DNA of 32,000 nucleotides from Candidatus Saccharimonadota bacterium (GTDB lineage Bacteria; Patescibacteriota; Gracilibacteria; BD1-5; UBA2023): NCBI GenBank assembly GCA_046350815.1, contig JAXLZO010000001.1, positions 450,001 to 482,000 of the forward strand, read 5' to 3'. Shown piece by piece: positions 22,038 to 29,504 of this stretch (position 1 is its first letter; each line of letters starts with the position of its first letter). The notes under the pieces were generated by a model. It saw only the letters and a program-made list of their open reading frames with translations, ran no database searches and was not told where the DNA came from. The position numbers and the translations under genes were made by a program.

Positions 22038-24367
22038 TTGACGAGTACCATAACGATTGGTTCTTTGCCAATCTCATCAAAGAAGATATCACAGACTTTT
22101 TTAGCAATCTGAGAACGGGCAAATTTCACATCCTTTTCACGCTCAATGATATCAAGTGCTCCACCAGCAAGAAATTCTTTCAATTTTCTCTCAAGTGATG
22201 GAAATTCATTCACATGTGGGAGACCAGCGAGATCGTAACGATAAGACCACCCTTTTCATACAGGTGCGAATGATACAGCAACCGACCCATTAAGCTCCAT
22301 TTGATAGCGATCATGGAGATGTACTTCATTGGTGTAGCCTGTTGTATAACCATCGACTGATTTGATTTCATGAGGCGCAAACATATGGGTGATTCGGAAA
22401 CTATCTTTGGTGAATTCCATGATTTGCCCATTTCGAGATATAAGAACATGTTCTTTATTATATCCCATTTTATATGCATTTTTTGCATTTCCAAAGAGCA
22501 TATGAGGATATCCGTAGATAGGAACATAGACCTCTGGCTTGATGAGAGAAATCATTTTCTCAGTATCTTCTTGGCGAGCATGACCACCGGCATGAACTTC
22601 CGATTCACGATAATGCTTGATGGTTGGTCCTTGTGCCATAATGATATCAAATATCAATTGTACGGCGCGTTCATTTCCAGGAATAACTGATGAAGAAAAT
22701 ACGACGGTATCAGTTGGTTTGAGCACGGTATCTTTGTGTTCACCAGTCGCCATACGCATCATAGCTGCATATCGCTCACCTTGTGCACCAGTACAACAAA
22801 TACAAACTTGGTTGTCAGGAAGGCGCTTTGCTTGTTCCATTGAAATGATCGTTCCAGTCTTTGGACGAGTATAGCCGAGTTTGAAAGCAATTTCGAGATA
22901 GTTGTTCATTGAACGACCCATGAGGACTACCTTGCGATTATATTTTTCGGCTGTGGCAATAATAAGTGCTACTCGGTCGATGATTGATGAAAATGTGGCT
23001 GTAATAACACGCCCCGTTGCAACCTCAAAGATATCTTCCATAGATCGAACAATTTCTGATTCTGATATAGATGATCCTGAGAGATGAGCATTCGTTGAGT
23101 CTGAGAGAAGAGCTCGAACACCACGGTTCCCTATAGATTCAAGAAGATTGTAATCAGTAGATGGTCGGTATGGAAGAGGGTTCTTATCGAACTTCCAGTC
23201 ACCTGTATGAATAAAGCGTCCTACCGGGGTTTCAATGAGGAGTCCAACTGAATCAGGAATAGAGTGATCTACCGTGAATGGCATTACCTGAAAGTATTTG
23301 CCAATTTGTATCGTCTCGTTACGACGATATTCGTGCATATTCGTCAATGTTGCATTGTTCTCATTTTGTCTCAGAGCTATGAGCTCATAAGCCATCGGAG
23401 TTGCCCACACTGGAATATTGCGACCAAATTGCTCTGCAAAATGAGGCATAGCACCAATATGATCAATATGACCATGAGTAATACAAATACCCACTACTTT
23501 TTTATCCCGGACATAACTCAGATCTGGAATAGTACCATTGATACCATGCTGGTATGGATCGCTAAATTGAATACCTGCATCAACAATGAGTATTTCATCT
23601 TCATATTCAAATCCAATACAGTTAAGACCGACTTGTTCTACTCAACCAAAAGGAATAATTCGAAGTGTTTCTTTTGCTATAGGAGTTGGTGTTTCTTCAT
23701 GAAATTCATAGAGAAACTTCTTTACAGCTTGCTGAGGAGTAAGAAATGGAAATGATTTTTTATTGCGGAATTTTGGAATGCTCACAAAACTCGCCCCAGC
23801 ACCAAGAACTTCATTTTTAATATTGCGGCTTCCTCCCTGAAATGGCCGTGGAGCCTGGCGATCATTGGAATAGGTGGTCTTACTTGTTCCCGGTGAAAAC
23901 TTATGCTCTTGATTACGAACACCTTGAATGAACTTCTGGTGCTGATTTGCGTGAGAAGTATGTTTGTTTTTGCCTCGTGATGTATCGTTTCTGTCATAAG
24001 GGGTCCGCTCTGGAGGAGTCTCAATCGGACGGGAATAATTGGTTTGGGTGTTATTTCTTGATGGATTTTGATTGTTCTGCCGTTCCTTTGCTTGGCTGTT
24101 ATTTCCACTATTATACCCCTCTCGTTGAGGGTTACGAACGGTTGAGACAATATTACCAGGGATATCACGGGGATCTTGCATAGCCATTGGATTGATGCGA
24201 GGTCGCTTGATAAAGGTTGGTTTTTCCTCTCAAGCAGTTGTGTTTACAACTTCTGGTAAACTATTTATATTGTTGGGAAAGGCAGCTGTTTCCGCTTCAG
24301 ATAGATCTTGATTGATGGATGAAAGTGGGGTAATATCCTCTTTCTTTTTTCGTCGAAAAAATACCAT
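22034..24367 (-). CDS. rnj: Ribonuclease J (metallo-beta-lactamase/beta-CASP) with a ~220-aa low-complexity N-terminal extension (777 aa)
   Basis: LRIIPFG-G-VEQVGLNCIGFEYEDEILIVDAGIQF, GICITHGHIDHIGAMPHF, HTGDWKFD, LLSDSTNA, HAGGHARQED. Track ORFs 23642-24187 and 22256-23494 are in one frame. The frame extends via TGA to ATG 24365-24367 and TAA 22034-22036. The N-terminal ~220 aa are rich in N/Q/R/P/S/T. Confidence 0.88.
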
Positions 24368-24380
24368 AAAATATATTAAA

Positions 24381-24409
24381 ATTATAAATCAAATGTCATC
24401 TGTTTTGAA
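24381..24409 (-). promoter_or_regulatory. Putative rnj promoter
   Basis: On the minus strand, TTCAAA, 17-nt spacer, TATAAT (complement of 24381-24386), 13 nt upstream of the ATG. Confidence 0.4.
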
Positions 24410-24552
24410 TTGTTCTCTCGGCTCATTTCTCATTGTATCTATTGAAATTGAGGAGAAGATAATGAATTATTTCGTCGCAAATATGGGAACAGATGGGTAA
24501 TATCCTCTTTCTGCTCGCCAAATTACTCCGAATAGTTGTGCTGAATCAAGAA

Positions 24553-25500
24553 TTATTGTGTCACTACTGAGTTGGGAGAAATCAACTCAAAACAAGAAGA
24601 GGTTATTATATTTGATTTTGCGAGATTTGCATATTTTTTTTGGTTGATCTCTATGCGAGTGGTATCCCAATTATATGATTCTATTGATCCTGATGCGTAA
24701 TTAGTTCCCTGAAATTCTCCTTGTCAAAAAACAAAATCTTGGAGAAAAAGATATTTTTTCTTGAGAGCTTCATTCGTTCAAGCTCTTTGTGCAAATTCTT
24801 CATTGAATAATACAAACATTGTGAGTGATTCCGCAAAGTCTTCGTAATCATTTGTAAGTGCATATCCTGATACAAAATCTTCAAGTTTTGCATTTGTTTT
24901 CCTGAGGTCTGATGCTTGCCATGAAATCGATGAAAACTTAGTTCTCACAGGATTATCATGAAATCGTGTGAGATCAAAATGATGAGCTCACTCATGAATG
25001 AGTAGTGCACTGACCTCACTTGGTCCTATATTGGCAACTGATAGAGCGATTCCTGATCCATTGATCCAAGCTCTTGGTTCGTGAGGGGTTTCAAGTATGG
25101 TAATATTATTTTCTGCAAAAAATCGCTCAAATAGGGGATTACAAATAGTATTGGTGATAGCTTCTGAATTTTGAGGAAATCTTTGTGTGTATCATGAGTT
25201 TGCAATTACTCGAATACTCTTTGGTTTACTTTCTATACTTGGGGATGACGCTTCAAAATTTTTAATGTAGATAGTATTGTTAGTACTTGTTGGTGTGCTT
25301 TGTATGTGAGAAGAAGATGCATGATTTTGAGTAATCCTTTCTCTACTCGTATCAATAGCAGTTGGAGGTGCACTATTGAGATCAAGATAATCATCGCCTA
25401 ATGATTCTCATTGAAAAGCATGCGTGGCAAAAAAGAGAGATCCACAAAGAACAATTATAAATAAGAATGAAATAGTGAAGTTTCTCAGCTTGAAAGTCAT
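24553..25500 (-). CDS. Secreted HExxH zinc metallopeptidase-like protein (315 aa)
   Basis: Signal peptide MTFKLRNFTISFLFIIVLCGSLFFATHA. LLIHE-G(UGA)-AHHFD forms an HExxH motif. Downstream is SGYALTNDYEDFAESL. ATG 25498-25500, TAA 24553-24555. The track ORF 24681-24893 is in a different frame and I reject it. Confidence 0.7.
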
Positions 25501-25523
25501 ACTCTTGAGCAAATATTTCCGTT

Positions 25524-25551
25524 ATCATATTTGACTATACTATATTTTCAA
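25524..25551 (-). promoter_or_regulatory. Putative promoter of the metallopeptidase gene
   Basis: On the minus strand, TTGAAA, 16-nt spacer, TATGAT (complement of 25524-25529). Confidence 0.45.
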
Positions 25552-25743
25552 GTTTTAATAAAAATATGAACGGTTATTCTACAGAAGTATCATAATGAGG
25601 ATGATACTATTTGCATACAACTTTGCTTAAAGGTAATAGAAACATTCAATATCGCAGGTGAGATATTTTTTATTCTGCAATGTATAAAACCCCCGCCTCT
25701 GGTGGGGGAAACACCTAGGTTCTACCGTTCCAACATGTACAAG

Positions 25744-25816
25744 AAAAAAGGTTATGATAGTATCTCTCAAGCAGAGAGTCCCCAGAAGAAGGGTGCTTAC
25801 TATCATAACCTTTTTT
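25744..25816 (+). promoter_or_regulatory. Long terminator-like stem-loop upstream of tnpA
   Basis: 19-bp perfect stem AAAAAAGGTTATGATAGTA...TACTATCATAACCTTTTTT, ending 12 nt before the tnpA ATG. This matches the arrangement described for Salmonella IS200, where a left-end terminator hairpin blocks read-in transcription. Confidence 0.55.
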
Positions 25817-25828
25817 CATTCTTCACTT

Positions 25829-26248
25829 ATGGCTCATACTTCCTTTGATTGTAGCTACCATATAGTACTTTGCCCAAAGTACCGCAAGAAAATTATATAT
25901 GGAACTTATAAAACTCAACTCTGAAACATTCTCAATGATCTTCTGAGAGAAATGAAAATAGAAAAACTCGAATGACATCTTATGAAAGATCACATTCATC
26001 TTCAGCTCAAGATACCACCAAGTCTCTCAGTAGCAAAAGTCATAGGTACTCTTAAATGAAAATCTGCCATACGACTCCATAATAGATATGCACCAAGAAG
26101 AACAGCTCTTGGACACAAACACTTTTGGTCACGATGATACTTCGTACGAACAACAGGACTCGATATTGAAATGATCAACAACTACATCTGTAACCAAGAG
26201 AAAGAAGATATAATTGAGGATGGTAATCAACTTGATCTTCACTTCTAG
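25829..26248 (+). CDS. tnpA: IS200/IS605-family Y1 (HUH) transposase TnpA (139 aa, 4 UGA-Gly)
   Basis: MAHTSFDCSYHIVLCPKYRKKII (HUH: H-I-V), LMKDHIHLQLKIPP, IGTLK-G-KSAIRL, HFWSR-G-YFVRTTG. TAG 26246-26248. Confidence 0.88.
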
Positions 26249-26337
26249 TCTCACGCTATCCTAAGTCTCACTATACTTCCCATTCAAGACCCTTCTAGGG
26301 TCTCTCTGCTAAAACCCCCTGTTCTACAGGGGGATAT

Positions 26338-26946
26338 TTATTTAAAATTATTCCACAAATCAAATTCGAGATTTGAATCCTCCGGTTTTGATTGGGATTT
26401 TAGTATATTAGCCTCCTTGTCTGACATGCCTACTATCTGAGCATGTTTTACTAGGTCTTTTGGTAAGATAAATTCAGCATCTTTGGCAACCACTCCGGTA
26501 TGTACATACTTCGCTCAATCTTGCTTTGGTATATCGATATAGGATAATAACCCTTCGTATCAAAGTAAAAATGGTAGCGCTATTCCCTCAAGAGAGTTTG
26601 TATATGACGGATTAAGACCGACTTCATTTGGCCTATTTCCTCTCCATAGCCTAACATGATCATCCGCAATTGCAGGTAAACTTTTTTTGATTAATGTTGC
26701 TATTCGTATAATTTCTCTCATTCTCGGCGAGTCAGAACACGTATCATCATTGGTTCTTATAAGCTTTCCATCCGCATCTATTTGAATATCAATCATTATA
26801 TGATGACTATCATTTTGTATTAACTGAAAAATACTTGGATGATTTTCATAAAGCTTATTTCTGATCTTATTAATTAATGGATCAGTTGAATCACTGATTT
26901 CAAGTGGTTCTTGGGTCGTTAGTGATATCGGTTTTTCAAATTTCAT
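26338..26946 (-). CDS. Soluble 202-aa protein of unknown function, last gene of the pilin-like operon; weak ADP-ribosyltransferase-like motifs
   Basis: ATG 26944-26946. TGA at 26560-26562 and 26515-26517 are read as Gly. TAA 26338-26340. No signal peptide or TM segment. Motifs: VRLWRG, SYTNS, DAEFILP. Confidence 0.7.
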
Positions 26947-26975
26947 AATCGTTTTGGTAAGGTTTACATTATTTT

Positions 26976-27452
26976 CTATTGACCGCCCAATTGGTATACA
27001 AAATTAATGACTGCATTCATGAGTGGATAGGAGAATATAAGTACAATCATTCCAATAACCGACCATTTAACAGCGTCTTTTCCTTTTTTTACCTTTTGAT
27101 CATTTCCAATAGAACTCGCCATATAAGCACCACCCATAACTAATCATCCAATAGCAAGAAGCATACCAAACGCGATGAGCCTGTCTACAAAATGCTTAAT
27201 TCGTTCTCTTCCTCCTCAAGAAAGAGAGGCATCACCAGGATCTTTTGAATTCACAAGATTTGTTGTATATTTTGTATTTGTTCATCCAGCAAGACAATCA
27301 TCTACATTTGTGACAATGGTTTTTCCACTATTAAATCCACATTCTGCAAATACTCTATCAGAGAAATGAATATTTGATGATAATCAGATTCCAAGAAGAA
27401 TTCCAAGGGATATAAGAAAAGAGCGGGAAAAAGAGATAGCGTGAGTATGCAT
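26976..27452 (-). CDS. TrbC/VirB2-like (T4SS-pilin-like) membrane protein, paralog 4 (158 aa)
   Basis: N-terminal signal/TM segment, then two C-terminal TM helices flanking ...GGAYMASSIGNDQKVKKGKDAVKWSVIGMIVL... TAG 26976-26978. Confidence 0.65.
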
Positions 27453-27463
27453 AAGAAGAGTAT

Positions 27464-27898
27464 TTATCCAACCTGAAACCGAGAGGCAACTTCAACAAGC
27501 GTGTAGGAAAATGAAATGATGAGAAAAGCAATTCATGAGTATATCATGCCTTTTATTGCTTCTGAATGTTTTTTTGGATCTCATTCACTCGTGAAAAGTT
27601 CATATGAGCCGTAAATAAACATGGTGACTGCGATAAACATAGATGCCATGAGTACGTAGCTAGTAATTACTGAGAGAAAACTATTTGCAGTTTTTCCTTC
27701 AAGATCGTTTTGATAATTTTCTTCTTGTGCGCTACTAAGAGTGAGTTCAGTATTCATGTTCTTTTGTTGTTCGTTCAGTACAGCAAAAACTATGTTGCTT
27801 CATCAAAAAATGGAAATACCAGTAATGTTATTAAAAAAATTTCCGAAAGAGCAGAGAATGAGAATGATGAGAAATATTCTCGAGAAGATATGGTACAT
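27464..27898 (-). CDS. TrbC/VirB2-like (T4SS-pilin-like) membrane protein, paralog 3 (144 aa)
   Basis: ...VLMASMFIAVTMFIYGSYELFTSE-G-DPKKHSEAIKGMIYS-G-IAFLIISF... ATG 27896-27898, 2 nt after the upstream stop. TAA 27464-27466. Confidence 0.65.
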
Positions 27899-27900
27899 AT

Positions 27901-28290
27901 TTATACAGAGAGAGAATTAACAATATTGGCGATTGTGTAGGCTGATGTTGCAATGATTACGCCGATAATAGTATAGAGCAGTGTACTCTTGGCTGTCTTC
28001 ACTTTTTCTTCATTTCCCCATGAAATCAGATAATAAATACCTGCCCCAATCATACTAAGAACCGCAAGAGCAAGTACATAAGGAATGATCCCAAGGATAG
28101 ATTTTGCAATTGCTGAAGTGATACTTCCATTATCATTAGGATTTGTGCTAGTATACTGTTCAAATGGAAGTCAAATGGTGACAGGGTCGGTAACATTACC
28201 AGCTCAGAACGCTATTCCAAATGAGAGCGTGAGAAAAAATATACTCACGATGGAGAGGAGAAGGTGACGTGCAATTGGAACTATTTTCAT
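27901..28290 (-). CDS. TrbC/VirB2-like (T4SS-pilin-like) membrane protein, paralog 2 (129 aa)
   Basis: Checked codon by codon. Signal peptide MKIVPIARHLLLSIVSIFFLTLSFGIAF, then ...ILGIIPYVLALAVLSMIGAGIYYLISWGNEEKVKTAKSTLLYTIIGVIIATSAY... TAA 27901-27903. Confidence 0.7.
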
Positions 28291-28293
28291 AAA

Positions 28294-28794
28294 TTAAGCA
28301 GCAATAAGATAGAGAATAACTCGTATGAGTCCATTTGAGAGGAGAGCAATGACAAGTGCAGATCAGCAGGCGATAAGCATTGATTTCCCTTTTTCTGCTC
28401 GATCGGTATTTCCGGAAGAGGTGACCATGAGAATACCAGCAACAGCAGTCATCACGAGACATCCGAGCGTGAGAAGGTTCAGGATAGTTCTTGCGGCTAA
28501 TCATCAGAGTGTCTTTGCATCTTTTTCTGTATCCCCTGTAGAATCAACTCATGTTGCAGTAAGGCCTTTCCCAAGATATTCTCCCGGTTTGAAAGTAAAA
28601 TTCGTCGACATAAGATTATCTTCTGGAAGAGGAGCCTCAGCATACATTCTATTTTCATGAGTAATACTACTGATGAAGAGCATCCCAAAAATAACGAGTG
28701 CTATACAGAAAAAACGCAATCCCGTTGTCGGTTCTCTCTTCGTGAAGCGTTCTGAAAAATATTGAAACATAGATACTTTTGAATACTCTATCAT
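28294..28794 (-). CDS. TrbC/VirB2-like (T4SS-pilin-like) membrane protein, paralog 1 (166 aa)
   Basis: ATG 28792-28794. N-terminal TM segment, then ...ILNLLTLGCLVMTAVAGILMVTSSGNTDRAEKGKSMLIAC-G-SALVIALLSNGLI... TAA 28294-28296. Confidence 0.65.
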
Positions 28795-28852
28795 ATATCA
28801 CCCCAATCACGCAAACATTCGTGATAATAATATCTTGACATCAATATAACAT

Positions 28853-29257
28853 ATGAAATTATTTATTTTTCTCATACTTTCTGGATGTTATTGGGTCGCT
28901 ATAGAATTCATATTCGATGGTGTAAAAATAACTGGTGGTATTGAGATCATAGGGGTTTTGTCTTTGATCACGGGTGGCGGTGGATTCTTGCTGGAGTCAT
29001 TGCTCCTGAGAAAATCACCACCATTTTCTACACGACTCACATTGTGCGGTGTTGGATATTTCTTTCTTTTTTCTTTTCTTGAACGCCTTGTTGATGGGTT
29101 CCATATTCCATGAGTGTCTTTCTCATATCAAGGGCAATTTTCTTGACTTATTATTCTCTTTGGAATTTTCGTAATTTTGCATACAATCCTCTCTCTTCTC
29201 TATAGTTTTTCATATGAGCCTCTCTCACATTCTCCTCACTCTTCTGATCATCACTAG
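28853..29257 (+). CDS. Polytopic (about 4 TM) membrane protein, function unknown (134 aa)
   Basis: ATG 28853. TGA at 29111-29113 and 29144-29146 are read through. TAG 29255-29257. It overlaps the secG start by 44 nt in another frame. Confidence 0.5.
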
Positions 29258-29441
29258 TGCTATACTTATACTTCTCGTATTGCTTCAACCAAAACAATCC
29301 GGATTGAGCCTTGGTATTTCTAGCTCATGAGAATTTGCAAAGTTTGAACGACGTGGAGTAGAAAAAGTTCTTCATAATGCAACTATAATCATCACGGTAA
29401 TGTTTGTAGTGGAGACTCTTGCTGTATTCTTCTTTGTTTAG
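29214..29441 (+). CDS. secG: Preprotein translocase subunit SecG (75 aa)
   Basis: MSLSHILLTLLIITSAILILLVLLQPKQSGLSLGISSS-G-EFAKFERRGVEKVLHNATIIITVMFVVETLAVFFFV. This is the typical SecG layout: TM1, LLQxxK, a Gly-rich loop, then TM2. Confidence 0.75.
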
Positions 29442-29504
29442 TTTTACAGATACTTTTTCAGATAGATTCACGCCTCGTCTTTTGATGATATTTTCTTCAT
29501 TTTT

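Larger units (their letters stand above)
25685..26340 (+). mobile_element. IS200/IS605-family insertion sequence, IS200 type (tnpA only); boundaries approximate
   Basis: A Y1 transposase gene is flanked by GC-rich subterminal hairpins: CCCCCGCC-TCT-GGTGGGGG (25690-25708) and CCCCCTG-TTCTA-CAGGGGG (26315-26333), plus GACCC-TTCTA-GGGTC (26288-26302). There are no terminal inverted repeats, as expected for this family. Confidence 0.8.

Noticed and set aside
24681-24893. Track ORF of 70 aa on the minus strand.
   Set aside because: It is out of frame with the 315-codon ORF 24553-25500, which carries the signal peptide, the HExxH motif and the EDFAES block once TGA is read as Gly.
8846-28660. Other antisense or alternative-frame track ORFs inside genes I call (for example 8846-9199, 9642-9989, 17961-18341, 18757-19014, 23264-23755, 28325-28660, 29325-29651).
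   Set aside because: Each overlaps a longer table-25 ORF on the opposite strand or in another frame that has signal peptides, TM helices or conserved motifs. None has recognisable motifs of its own.
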